Below, piece by piece: positions 42,605 to 52,154 of a DNA stretch of 64,000 bases; position 1 is the first letter of the stretch; each line of letters starts with the position of its first letter. Origin of the DNA: Candidatus Zhuqueibacterota bacterium (GTDB taxonomy: Bacteria; Zhuqueibacterota; Zhuqueibacteria; Thermofontimicrobiales; Thiofontviventaceae); contig JAZBPW010000174.1 of NCBI GenBank assembly GCA_036351795.1, positions 339-64,338 of the forward strand, written 5' to 3'. A model generated the notes under the pieces. The model was not told where the DNA came from. It saw nothing but the letters and a program-made list of their open reading frames with translations, and did no database searches. Both the position numbers and the translations under genes were made by a program.

Positions 42605-44323
42605 ATGTTAAAGAGCTTGTTTGTAAAAAATTTCGCGCTTCTCGATGAGATCGAGGTTGAATTCGGCCGGGGATTGAACATTATCACCGGCGAGACCGGA
42701 GCCGGTAAATCGATATTGATCGATGCACTCGGTTCCACACTCGGCGAAAAAATCAGTGCGGAGGTACTTCGCCGGGACGCGCAAAAAGCCGTTGCAGAGG
42801 GCCTCTTTCTGGTTGCGGCTGAAAACGTCATCGATGAAGAGCTCGCATCGGCTGATATCGATCCTCAACCGGATAACAGCCTGATACTGCGACGTGAAAT
42901 GTCAACGAGCGGAAGGTCGAGAGCGTTTGTCAATGACACGCCGGTGACGAATCAATTGCTGACGACTATTGGAGATCACCTGGTGGATCTGCATGGGCAG
43001 CATGAGCATCAGTCATTGTTGAAGGTCAAATATCATCTTGGATTTCTTGACAGCTACGGAAATTATGGTGAAGCGCTGGAGACTGTCAGGGCGTCCTACG
43101 AAGCACTGGATAGGAAACTGAAGGAAGTGGCGGAGCTCAGGAAGAGTCAGATTGCGTTTACGGAAAAGCGCGATCTTTTCGAATTCCAGATCAAGGATAT
43201 TTCGCATGTCGATCCTCATCCCGGGGAAGAAGAGGAGCTGATAAATGAAGAGAAAATTCTTCGGAACAGCGAGAAGCTCTTTGAATTGACCGGATCGCTG
43301 TATGAGAAACTATACGATTCAGAGGGTGCGGCGTACGAATACATTTCGGAAGCAGACGAGAAGCTGGCGGAATTAAGCCGTATAGATTCGGCTTTTGAAC
43401 AGTATCGAAAAGAAAATCAGTCTGCACTGGTTGTCATAGAGGAACTATCGAAATTCCTGCAGAGTTACCAGTCGAATATCGAATTCAATTCCCAGCGTCT
43501 GGAGACGATCAGGGAACGTTTGTCGCTGTTTTCAGGATTGAAAAAAAAGTATGGCGGTTCACTGGAAGAGGTTATCGATCATTGGAAATCACTTGAAGAT
43601 CAGCTGCACTCCATTGACAATGTCGATGAGAGACTGGAAGAGCTCGCCAAAGAGGCGGAGGAGGCAAGGAAGCGCCTGAACACGGCGTGTTTATCGCTAA
43701 CCGAACGTCGCCGGAAGGCGGCGGCGGATTTAGAGAAGGGAGTGGTTTCTGTGCTGTCGGAACTGGGAATGCCGGGAGCGCGTTTCAAGATATCAATCGT
43801 GCATGAGGAGGATGAGAACGGTCTGGTTCAGATTGACGGAAAATTCTACAAGACCAATTCGACTGGAATTGATTCTGTAGAGTTTTTCATCTCCGCGAAT
43901 GCGGGCGAAGAACTGAAACCGCTGGCCAAAGTAGCGTCCGGAGGGGAGGTCTCCAGGATTATGCTGGCGATTAAGTCGGCGCTCACTGAATCGGACAAGA
44001 TCCCGGTACTCATTTTCGATGAGATAGATATCGGAATCTCCGGCCGAATCGCGCAGGCGGTTGGAAGGAGTTTGAAAAAACTGTCAAAGAATCATCAAAT
44101 TATTTGCATCACCCATCTACCTCAGATCGCGAGCATGGCGGATGAACATTTTGTCGTGGAAAAGTTTTCAGAAGAGGGGAGTACGCACACCGAAATTCGA
44201 AAACTTGAGGCGAGCGAGAGGCCGCTTGAGATAGCGAAGCTGCTGGGAGGGGATATCGTATCTGAAAGTCATATCGAGGGGGCGAAAGAATTATTAAATC
44301 AGGCGCAGTTAGTCGCAGATTGA
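42605..44323 (+). CDS. recN: DNA repair protein RecN
   Basis: N-terminus MLKSLFVKNFALLDEIEVEFGRGLNIITGETGAGKSILIDAL. Long coiled-coil middle. C-terminal SMC signature ASGGEVSRIMLAIK and Walker B LIFDEIDIGISG. Confidence 0.93.
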   Translation: MLKSLFVKNFALLDEIEVEFGRGLNIITGETGAGKSILIDALGSTLGEKISAEVLRRDAQKAVAEGLFLVAAENVIDEELASADIDPQPDNSLILRREMSTSGRSRAFVNDTPVTNQLLTTIGDHLVDLHGQHEHQSLLKVKYHLGFLDSYGNYGEALETVRASYEALDRKLKEVAELRKSQIAFTEKRDLFEFQIKDISHVDPHPGEEEELINEEKILRNSEKLFELTGSLYEKLYDSEGAAYEYISEADEKLAELSRIDSAFEQYRKENQSALVVIEELSKFLQSYQSNIEFNSQRLETIRERLSLFSGLKKKYGGSLEEVIDHWKSLEDQLHSIDNVDERLEELAKEAEEARKRLNTACLSLTERRRKAAADLEKGVVSVLSELGMPGARFKISIVHEEDENGLVQIDGKFYKTNSTGIDSVEFFISANAGEELKPLAKVASGGEVSRIMLAIKSALTESDKIPVLIFDEIDIGISGRIAQAVGRSLKKLSKNHQIICITHLPQIASMADEHFVVEKFSEEGSTHTEIRKLEASERPLEIAKLLGGDIVSESHIEGAKELLNQAQLVAD

Positions 44324-44378
44324 TTGCGCGCCATTTCAATGCAACTATTTATTTAAGGGCTAAGGAGGTGTCGGTTCG

Positions 44379-45401
44379 ATGAATGACATCAAAACAGTAA
44401 TTCGCTCATCGATTATTTCGATCATCATCGTTGTCATCGGTCTGTTCATTCTGTGTGTGGGCCGTGCACCAAGGGTGAATGTGGATGAGCCGCTGGTCGA
44501 AAGCGGAACCGAGACTGATGTCGATGAATTATCTGACGAGGAGTTTTTGCAACTCCTGGAATCGGCAGACCTGGGGGAAAGTGATACACAATCGACTTCG
44601 GAATCCATTCTGCTGGGGGACGAATCTAAAAGCGCTGAATCGGAGGATGAGGATCTTTCGGAAATCTTCAAAATTCTCAGCATGGAAGAAGAGAATACTG
44701 CCGGAGAGACTGAACCGGCGGAAGACACAGAGGATCTTGAGGCTTTGTTGTTCGATTCTGATACCGGATCTGAGGATGCATCGAGCGAGGTAGATCCGAC
44801 GGCGTTCAATGAACTGCAATCAGAGATCGACAGGGTTCAGCTGATGATAGAAGAAAAAGATAGCGAGATCGCCACACTCAACCAGGAGATCTATAGTTTC
44901 GACCAGCAGATCGCAGATCTGGAGACAAATGCCAATTTTCCCGGCGGCGGGACATCCTCGGATTTAGACTTCAGTTCGGGTGGAACGGCTGAGGAATCAG
45001 GAGCAGTGGACCAGAGCTGGGACAATGATACATCTCCGTTCAGGATAGAATACAATACTGCTCTTGACCTTTTTCACAACCGTCAGTATCAGCAGAGTAA
45101 AAGGGCGTTTCAGAGACTGTTGTATGCCAATCCGAACCATTCGATGGCAGATAACTGTCAGTACTGGATCGGAGAGTGTAACTACGCCATCGGAGATTAC
45201 TTTCAGGCTATTCTGGAATTTGAAAAGGTCTTTTCTTATGATGCAGCTGACAAGAAGGATGACGCTCAGATCATGATCGGGCTGGCGAATCTCAGGGCTG
45301 GCCTGACAGATGAAGCCCGGCAGGATCTGTCATGGTTCCTGACATTTTATCCGAACAGTGAATATTACAGCAGAGCGCAATCCTATTACAGCAGTCTATG
45401 A
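44379..45401 (+). CDS. Membrane-anchored CpoB/YbgF-like TPR protein with acidic disordered region
   Basis: AGGAGG RBS and an N-terminal TM helix (IISIIIVVIGLFILCV). About 110 aa of D/E/S-rich low complexity. Coiled coil LQSEIDRVQLMIEEKDSEIATLNQEIYSFDQQIADLE. The C-terminal TPR block YNTALDLF...ADNCQYWIGECNYAIGDYFQAILEFEKV...FLTFYPNSEYYSRAQ resembles the YbgF C-domain. Confidence 0.6.
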   Translation: MNDIKTVIRSSIISIIIVVIGLFILCVGRAPRVNVDEPLVESGTETDVDELSDEEFLQLLESADLGESDTQSTSESILLGDESKSAESEDEDLSEIFKILSMEEENTAGETEPAEDTEDLEALLFDSDTGSEDASSEVDPTAFNELQSEIDRVQLMIEEKDSEIATLNQEIYSFDQQIADLETNANFPGGGTSSDLDFSSGGTAEESGAVDQSWDNDTSPFRIEYNTALDLFHNRQYQQSKRAFQRLLYANPNHSMADNCQYWIGECNYAIGDYFQAILEFEKVFSYDAADKKDDAQIMIGLANLRAGLTDEARQDLSWFLTFYPNSEYYSRAQSYYSSL

Positions 45402-45420
45402 TTAATTCCAGAAAGGCATA

Positions 45421-48400
45421 ATGTCCGAATTCGTTCATCTTCATAACCATACGCATTTCAGTCTTCTGGACGGTGCCTGCAAGATCGATGAGATGCTTGA
45501 ATTATGCGAACAATTCAAGATGTCATCTCTCGCGATCACAGATCATGGTGCCATGTTCGGGGCGATTGAATTCTATACCAAAGCCCTGGAAAAAGGAATC
45601 AAACCGATCATCGGCGCTGAGGTCTATATTGCGCCGGAAAGCCGATTTCTGAAAACCTCATCAAAAGATGATAAGAGGGACACCTCTTATCATCTTGTGC
45701 TTTTGGCCAAGGATTTTACCGGCTACCGGAATTTGATGAAGCTTACTTCCATTGGTTTCACCGAAGGCTTTTACTACAAACCCCGCATTGACAAGGAAGT
45801 TTTAATGGAACATCGTGATGGCCTCGTCGCGTTGTCAGCTTGCCTCAAGGGCGAAGTTTCACGAATGATTTTGAAGGAAGGCATGGAAAAAGCAGTGGAA
45901 ACCGCGGGTTTATATAAGGAGATGTTCGGCGACGACTATTATCTCGAGATTCAAAATCACGGAATTCCGGAAGAAAATACTGTTCTCAATGCCATGCGGG
46001 AAGTCAGTGCAAAAACAGGTGTACCACTCGTTGCTACAAACGACATACATTATCTGAAAAAGGAACATGCCGAAGCGCATGATGTGCTCGTTTGTCTGCA
46101 GACAGGCAAAGATTACGATGATCCGAATCGCATGCGTCTGCAGACTGATCAGCTTTATTTCAAATCCGGGGAAGAGATGGCTCGTTTGTTCAGTGAAATT
46201 CCAGAAGCCATTGAGAACAGCCTCGTGATTGCCGATAAATGCAATCTGGAATTGAACCTGAAGGATCTGCATCTGCCGGATTTCACCGTGCCGGAAAAAT
46301 TTGGCGATATTTCGCTGGATGAATACCTGAAAATTCTCACTCTGGAAGGTTTGCCCCGGAAATACCCTATCGTGACACCCGAACTTCGCGAACGGCTCAA
46401 TTTCGAGCTGGATGTCATCAGCGAAATGAAATATGCCGGCTACTTTCTGATTGTGAAGGATTTCATCGATTATGCCAGGAGCCAGGGAATAGCGGTCGGT
46501 CCCGGAAGAGGATCCGCCGCGGGAAGCCTTGTATCGTACGCATTGGGAATCACAAATATCGATCCCACCAAGTATGGACTGTTCTTCGAGAGATTCCTAA
46601 ATCCGGAGCGTGTAAGCATGCCGGATATCGATATTGATTTCTGTTATGAACGTCGCGAAGAGATCATAAAATATGTGAAAGAGAAGTACGGCGAAGATAA
46701 TGTCACTCAGATCATTACATTCGGTACCATGGCCGCGCGCGCTGTAATCAGAGACGTGGGGCGTGTTCTGAAGATGCCGTACGGCGATGTGGATAAAATT
46801 GCAAAGATGATACCGGCGCTGCCCGGCATGACCATCGAAAAAGCGATGGAAAAGGTGTCCGAACTTCGTGAAATTCCTGAAAAGGACGAAACACATAAGA
46901 AACTTATGGACTATTCCCGCGTCCTGGAGGGAATTGCCAGACACGCATCCACGCACGCCGCCGGTGTCATTATCACTCCGGAAGAGTTGACTAATTTCAC
47001 CCCACTTTACAAATCTTCTCAGGGAGATACGACCTCAGCGTATGACATGTCCTCTCTGGAAACGACCGGCGTTCTTAAAATGGATTTTCTGGGACTACGA
47101 ACCCTGACCGTCATCCAGAAGGCTCTGGAAATGCTGAAGGAGAGAGGGGTTGAGATCAATATCGACCAGATCTCACTGGAAGATAAAGCGACCTATGAGA
47201 TATTTGCCAATGGCGAGACGATCGGCGTATTTCAATTCGAAAGTTCAGGCATGCGCGAATATCTCAAAAAACTGAAACCCGTGGCCATTGAAGATCTGGT
47301 TGCAATGAACGCGCTTTATCGTCCGGGTCCGATGAAATACATCGATGATTTCATCAAGCGCAGATTTGGGCAGGAAAAGATCGAGTACACACATGAAATT
47401 CTAAAACCCATTCTCGAAGAGACTTATGGCGTAATCGTCTATCAGGAACAGGTGATGGAGATTGCGCGGGAGATGGCGGGCTATTCCCTGGGCAAGGCGG
47501 ATGTACTGCGTCGCGCGATGGGAAAGAAGAAGAAGAAATTGATGTTGGAGCAGAAGAAGGAATTCATGAGCGGCGCACGCGCTGCTGAAATAGATAAAAA
47601 GACCGCCGAAGATGTTTTCGATCTGATGGAAAAATTTGCGGAATACGGTTTCAATAAATCTCATGCGGTCAGCTATTCTCTGGTCGCTTATCAGACAGCT
47701 TACCTCAAGGCTCATTATCCCGTGGAATTCATGGCAGCCACGCTGACCAGTGAGATGGGTAACACAAAACGCATCGTGATCCTCATCGAGGAGTGCAAGC
47801 GAATGGGGATTCAAATACTGCCTCCTGATGTCAATGAGAGCGTGGTTGAATTCACGCCTGATGCTGGCGCGATACGCTTCGGTCTAGGCGCGATAAAGAA
47901 TGTGGGCAAGGGCGCCATCATTTCGATCATCGAAGGAAGAGATGAAAATGGAAAATTCAAGACACTTTTCGATCTCTGCTGCTCGATTGATTTAAGAAGT
48001 GTGAACAAAAAGGTTCTGGAAAGCCTGATACAAGCCGGTGCCATGGATTCAATTGAAGGCCACCGGGCACAATTATATGCAAGCGTAGAAACGGCAGTAA
48101 CCTATGCTCAGCATTATCTGGCGCGCAAGTCCGGGGGACAAACAACCTTTTTCGAACCTGGCGACGCGGATGGTGATCCGGATTATCCTGATCTGTCGGA
48201 TGTCGCTGAATGGACTGAAAACGAAGTCCTGCAGAATGAAAAAGATATGCTTGGATTCTATTTTTCCGGTCACCCGTTGTCCAAATTTGAAAGTGAAGTC
48301 AGAATGTTTTCCACAACAGATGTCTGTGACCTGCATTCACTCAAGGACGGCTCCCTTGTGAGAGTGGGCGGAACCATTACACAGGTCAAAAAACATATCG

Positions 48401-48855
48401 ATAAAAAGGACAGGGAGATGGCTTTCATTACAATCGAAGATTTTACCGGTTCCGCGGAGATCCTGGCTTTTTCAGATGCATATTCCAAATATCAATATTT
48501 AATCGAGGCGGATAAAATGGTGCTGTGCGTCGGGAAATTATCCATGAAAGATGTTGAGGACGAACCAAAAATATTGCTGGATGAGGTGATCCCACTGTGG
48601 GATGTCTGGGATAAATGCAGTAAGAATCTTTGTATCATGATGAAAACCGATCAAGTAGAAGATGATCGTATTCGTGATGTCGGCAACATTATTCAGAAGA
48701 ACCTCGGAGACTGTCCCATACTCATCAATGTGGTGACGCCGGACAATGGTGAGTACCTGCTTCGAACGAAAAATATGAAAGCAAAACCGACGTCTCATCT
48801 TGTCAGTGAGTTGCAACGGTGCGTCGGTCCCAGAAATGTATGGATTGAGGCATAA
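45421..48855 (+). CDS. dnaE: DNA polymerase III alpha subunit
   Basis: PHP domain FVHLHNHTHFSLLDGA. Also matching are GPGRGSAAGSLVSYALGITNIDP, MPDIDIDF and the OB-fold C-terminus. Length 1144 aa. Confidence 0.97.
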   Translation: MSEFVHLHNHTHFSLLDGACKIDEMLELCEQFKMSSLAITDHGAMFGAIEFYTKALEKGIKPIIGAEVYIAPESRFLKTSSKDDKRDTSYHLVLLAKDFTGYRNLMKLTSIGFTEGFYYKPRIDKEVLMEHRDGLVALSACLKGEVSRMILKEGMEKAVETAGLYKEMFGDDYYLEIQNHGIPEENTVLNAMREVSAKTGVPLVATNDIHYLKKEHAEAHDVLVCLQTGKDYDDPNRMRLQTDQLYFKSGEEMARLFSEIPEAIENSLVIADKCNLELNLKDLHLPDFTVPEKFGDISLDEYLKILTLEGLPRKYPIVTPELRERLNFELDVISEMKYAGYFLIVKDFIDYARSQGIAVGPGRGSAAGSLVSYALGITNIDPTKYGLFFERFLNPERVSMPDIDIDFCYERREEIIKYVKEKYGEDNVTQIITFGTMAARAVIRDVGRVLKMPYGDVDKIAKMIPALPGMTIEKAMEKVSELREIPEKDETHKKLMDYSRVLEGIARHASTHAAGVIITPEELTNFTPLYKSSQGDTTSAYDMSSLETTGVLKMDFLGLRTLTVIQKALEMLKERGVEINIDQISLEDKATYEIFANGETIGVFQFESSGMREYLKKLKPVAIEDLVAMNALYRPGPMKYIDDFIKRRFGQEKIEYTHEILKPILEETYGVIVYQEQVMEIAREMAGYSLGKADVLRRAMGKKKKKLMLEQKKEFMSGARAAEIDKKTAEDVFDLMEKFAEYGFNKSHAVSYSLVAYQTAYLKAHYPVEFMAATLTSEMGNTKRIVILIEECKRMGIQILPPDVNESVVEFTPDAGAIRFGLGAIKNVGKGAIISIIEGRDENGKFKTLFDLCCSIDLRSVNKKVLESLIQAGAMDSIEGHRAQLYASVETAVTYAQHYLARKSGGQTTFFEPGDADGDPDYPDLSDVAEWTENEVLQNEKDMLGFYFSGHPLSKFESEVRMFSTTDVCDLHSLKDGSLVRVGGTITQVKKHIDKKDREMAFITIEDFTGSAEILAFSDAYSKYQYLIEADKMVLCVGKLSMKDVEDEPKILLDEVIPLWDVWDKCSKNLCIMMKTDQVEDDRIRDVGNIIQKNLGDCPILINVVTPDNGEYLLRTKNMKAKPTSHLVSELQRCVGPRNVWIEA

Positions 48856-48895
48856 GCCTGAGATGTCAGCAAAATTATAAAACGGAGGTCAGAAA

Positions 48896-49189
48896 ATGGA
48901 AGAACCATCAAAATTCTTCAGCGCTCTTTTTGATTTTTCATTTACCGAATTTATCACCACCAAGCTCATCAAAGTTTTATATGGAATTGGTATCGTTATC
49001 TCTGGATTATCGGCTCTCAGCTGGATCGTCAGCGGTTTCGCCGGTTCATTTGGCAGAGGACTTCTTTTCCTCATCCTTTCGCCAATCGTGTTCATCATCG
49101 GTGTTATTTTGACGCGTGTATGGCTCGAAATTATCATTGTGGTCTTTAAGATTGCGGAAAATGTAGGCAAAATCGCTGAATCAAAATGA
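48896..49189 (+). CDS. DUF4282-like small membrane protein
   Basis: GGAGG RBS. N-terminus FFSALFDFSFTEFITTKLIKVLYGIGIV followed by two TM helices. The pattern is recalled from the DUF4282 family. Confidence 0.55.
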   Translation: MEEPSKFFSALFDFSFTEFITTKLIKVLYGIGIVISGLSALSWIVSGFAGSFGRGLLFLILSPIVFIIGVILTRVWLEIIIVVFKIAENVGKIAESK

Positions 49190-49345
49190 GCAGTGAAATC
49201 AGGAGAAATATGACATCGGGAAAAAATCCGATGTACATCATAACTCTCATCAATTCACTGTAAAAAATTCAAAACAAATCCTGTTCAGTCTGTCCTGTAC
49301 ACTTCGATAATTTGACGGCTTTTATGGGACGGTGAAACGGTTGTC

Positions 49346-49381
49346 GGGGACGTTCGGGTATCATGGTTCGTCCCCATTTTA
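49346..49381 (+). terminator. Candidate terminator hairpin after the dnaE/DUF4282 unit
   Basis: GGGGACG (49346-49352) pairs with CGTCCCC (49369-49375) with a 16-nt loop. It is followed by ATTTTAT, a weak U-tract. Confidence 0.4.
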
Positions 49382-49489
49382 TAACTGCTATGTCCGAACT
49401 TGCGACTGTATCGACAGTATTTCGGTGATCCTGTTGGCGAACGGCAAGCTCAATCTGAAATCTAGCTCCGGAATTCAATATATACTGGT

Positions 49490-51103
49490 ATGGAAAATCA
49501 TATAGATCTCATACTGCTGAACGGCAGAATATACACGGTGAATGACAAGACTCCCTGGATCGAAGCGCTTGCCTGTCATCGGGGCAGGATTGTCGCAATG
49601 GGGTGTACGTCCGAAATAAAGAATCTGGCTTCTGATCATACACAGATCATCGATCTTCAGGGCGCTTTTGCCTGCCCGGGCTTCAATGATGCTCATGTCG
49701 ATTTCTATCGCGGCGGATTGTCTCTGGAATCCGTTGATCTGAGAGAGTGCAACTCAAAAGACGCGTTTATTGAGAAGCTGGCGTTGTATGTACAGGATAT
49801 CAAGCCGGGCAGATGGATTCTCGAAGGGAACTGGAATCACGAAAACTGGCCGGAGGCAGTCCTGCCCGACAAGAGCCTGATCGATGCTTTCACAAAAGAT
49901 ATCCCCGTATGTATCTGCCGGTCCGACGAACATGTGTCCCTTGCGAACACATGTGCACTCAGGCTCGCTGGAATCACGAGTGACAGTCCGAATCCGGCTG
50001 GCGGCGAGATCGTAAAGGATTCTGCAACCGGTGAGCCTACAGGCATTCTAATCGACACGGCGCAGAACCTGGTTTACAATGTGATCCCTGAACCTTTGCC
50101 GGAAGAACTGATGACAACGATCAGGGGGGCTTTGAGGCATGCTGCAAGTTGGGGCATTACGAGCATACAGGACAATACATCGAGGGCGGTGCTTAAAATT
50201 TACCAGCAGTTGCTTCGTGAGGGCGAACTCACTGTCAGAGTGAATGCATGGCGCCCGATCAGCACCACAGACGCATTCGATAAAATAGGGATTGAACAGG
50301 CGTTCGGCAATGATATGCTGCGCATTGGAGTTGGAAAAATCTTCGCCGATGGTTCCATGGGAGCGGGTTCGGCGCTATTTTTCGATCCCTATACCGATAA
50401 TCCGGCAACGACCGGCATCGCCATTTACCCGGAAGAAGAGTTAACGGATTTGATTGTCCGGGCGGACGCTGCGGGGTTGCAATGCGCGGTGCACGCCATT
50501 GGGGACAGGGCGAATCATTTGGTGTTGAAAGGATTTGAGCGAGCGTATCAGAGAAATTCGGAACGAGACAGACGGCACCGCATTGAGCATCTTCAGGTGA
50601 TTCAGCCGGATGATCTTGATCTGGTGAGCAAAATGGGTATCATTGCATCTGTGCAGCCTTCGCATTTTCTTGATGACATTCCATGGGCAGAGCAGCGCAT
50701 CGGCAGCAAGCGGGTCCGGCAGCTCTACCTGTGGCAAACGTTGATCCATCGTGGAATTCGGATGGCGTTCGGCACCGATTGGCCGGTGACATCGATCAGC
50801 CCCTTGCGAACCATCTACTCGGCGGTGACGCGAAGTATGCCTGGCTCCGGAGCAGTAAATTCTGAACACTCGGGTGAAAAAATATCATTGAAAGATGCGA
50901 TTGCATGTCAGACGCTCGGATCTGCTTTCGCTGAATACACCGAGCGCGACAAAGGAACACTCGAGGTCGGAAAGCTGGCGGATATAGCTGTGCTTTCGAA
51001 GAATCTATTTGAAATTTCACCTGAAGAAATTCTAGACACATCTGTCGAATATACAATAATGGGTGGTAGAATAACTTACCAGAGTCAGGACAATGGACAC
51101 TGA
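49490..51103 (+). CDS. Amidohydrolase-3 family (YtcJ-like) metal-dependent hydrolase
   Basis: N-terminus DLILLNGRIYTV...PGFNDAHVDF (metal HxH variant). Also matching are AVHAIGDRA, HRIEHLQ, AFGTDWPV and GTLEVGKLADIAVLS. Confidence 0.85.
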   Translation: MENHIDLILLNGRIYTVNDKTPWIEALACHRGRIVAMGCTSEIKNLASDHTQIIDLQGAFACPGFNDAHVDFYRGGLSLESVDLRECNSKDAFIEKLALYVQDIKPGRWILEGNWNHENWPEAVLPDKSLIDAFTKDIPVCICRSDEHVSLANTCALRLAGITSDSPNPAGGEIVKDSATGEPTGILIDTAQNLVYNVIPEPLPEELMTTIRGALRHAASWGITSIQDNTSRAVLKIYQQLLREGELTVRVNAWRPISTTDAFDKIGIEQAFGNDMLRIGVGKIFADGSMGAGSALFFDPYTDNPATTGIAIYPEEELTDLIVRADAAGLQCAVHAIGDRANHLVLKGFERAYQRNSERDRRHRIEHLQVIQPDDLDLVSKMGIIASVQPSHFLDDIPWAEQRIGSKRVRQLYLWQTLIHRGIRMAFGTDWPVTSISPLRTIYSAVTRSMPGSGAVNSEHSGEKISLKDAIACQTLGSAFAEYTERDKGTLEVGKLADIAVLSKNLFEISPEEILDTSVEYTIMGGRITYQSQDNGH

Positions 51104-52142
51104 TTTTGGATCCCTGGAACAGGAGAGATACTCAAGACAGGATCTTTTCAAACCGGTCGGAGCAAAGTCCCGTGATGTCTTCACCCTGAAAAATGTGTTG
51201 ATTGCGGGGTGTGGAGGACTGGGTTCTGTATCCGCGGAGATATTGACGCGGGCCGGCGTCGGGAAAATAACAATCATCGATCGTGATCTCGTAGAGTTGA
51301 GCAATCTGCAGCGGCAGACGCTGTTCGATGAATCTGATGTCAGGGAGGGGTATCCCAAAGCAGTTGCGGCAAAGAAAAAGCTGGTGGCTATCAATTCAAA
51401 TGTCACGGTTCAGGCCATTGTCGATGATATCAGCAGGCTGAACATCGACGCTCTGTTCAGTGGGACAGATATCGTCATGGATGGCACAGATAATTTCGAA
51501 GCAAGATTCCTGATCAATGAATATTGTGTCCGCGAAGGTATTCCATGGATCTTCGGCGCGTGCGCCGGCTCCCAGGGGATGTCCATGACGATCGTTCCCG
51601 GAAAGACACCATGTTTACAATGTGTATTTGATAAGGTTCCGCAGAATGAGAGTGCCCTGAATAGTGAAACCGCAGGTGTCATCGCTCCCATTGTGAATAC
51701 GATCGCCGCATGGCAGTGTGCCGAGGCCTTGAAATTGCTGGTAAAGGATTTCGATGCCATCAACAGGGATCTCCTGACCATCGATGTGTGGCAATGCGAG
51801 ATGAATAAAATCCATTTGTCAGAGAAGACGCACGGCGATTGTCCTGTGTGCGACTATCGACAATATCGTTTTCTGGACGGGAAATATGGATCTGCGTATA
51901 CATCTCTTCAGGGAGATAATGCTGTCCAGATCACGCCATTCGAACCCAGGGAGCTGGATCTGTTGAAGCTGGCTATCGATTTGTCGCAATACGGCGATCC
52001 GATGGTTAATCAATATATGCTCAGGCTTGAAGTCGATGCATTCGAGATCACAATTTTTCCCAATGGCAGGGCGGTCATAAAAGGCACTACCGATTCCGGC
52101 ATTGCGCGGGATCTCTATAATAAATACGTCATCAATGAATAA
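51093..52142 (+). CDS. ThiF/MoeB/HesA-family E1-like adenylyltransferase with ~100-aa C-terminal extension
   Basis: Nucleotide-binding motif VLIAGCGGLGSVSAEILTRAGVGKITIIDRDLVELSNLQRQTLF. Two CxxC Zn motifs (CLQC, CPVC). Overlaps the amidohydrolase stop by 11 nt. Confidence 0.8.
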   Translation: MDTDFGSLEQERYSRQDLFKPVGAKSRDVFTLKNVLIAGCGGLGSVSAEILTRAGVGKITIIDRDLVELSNLQRQTLFDESDVREGYPKAVAAKKKLVAINSNVTVQAIVDDISRLNIDALFSGTDIVMDGTDNFEARFLINEYCVREGIPWIFGACAGSQGMSMTIVPGKTPCLQCVFDKVPQNESALNSETAGVIAPIVNTIAAWQCAEALKLLVKDFDAINRDLLTIDVWQCEMNKIHLSEKTHGDCPVCDYRQYRFLDGKYGSAYTSLQGDNAVQITPFEPRELDLLKLAIDLSQYGDPMVNQYMLRLEVDAFEITIFPNGRAVIKGTTDSGIARDLYNKYVINE

Positions 52143-52154
52143 GGGGACATACTT

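Noticed and set aside
44360-44809. 149-aa Ser-rich minus-strand ORF and 104/96-aa ORFs
   Set aside because: These are artefacts of the GA/TC-rich low-complexity DNA that encodes the acidic tract of the YbgF-like protein.
49330-49480. Possible tRNA or small RNA (GGTTCGTCCCC resembles a T-arm)
   Set aside because: I could not build an acceptor stem, anticodon arm or D-arm around it. It is better explained as a GGGGACG/CGTCCCC terminator-like hairpin.
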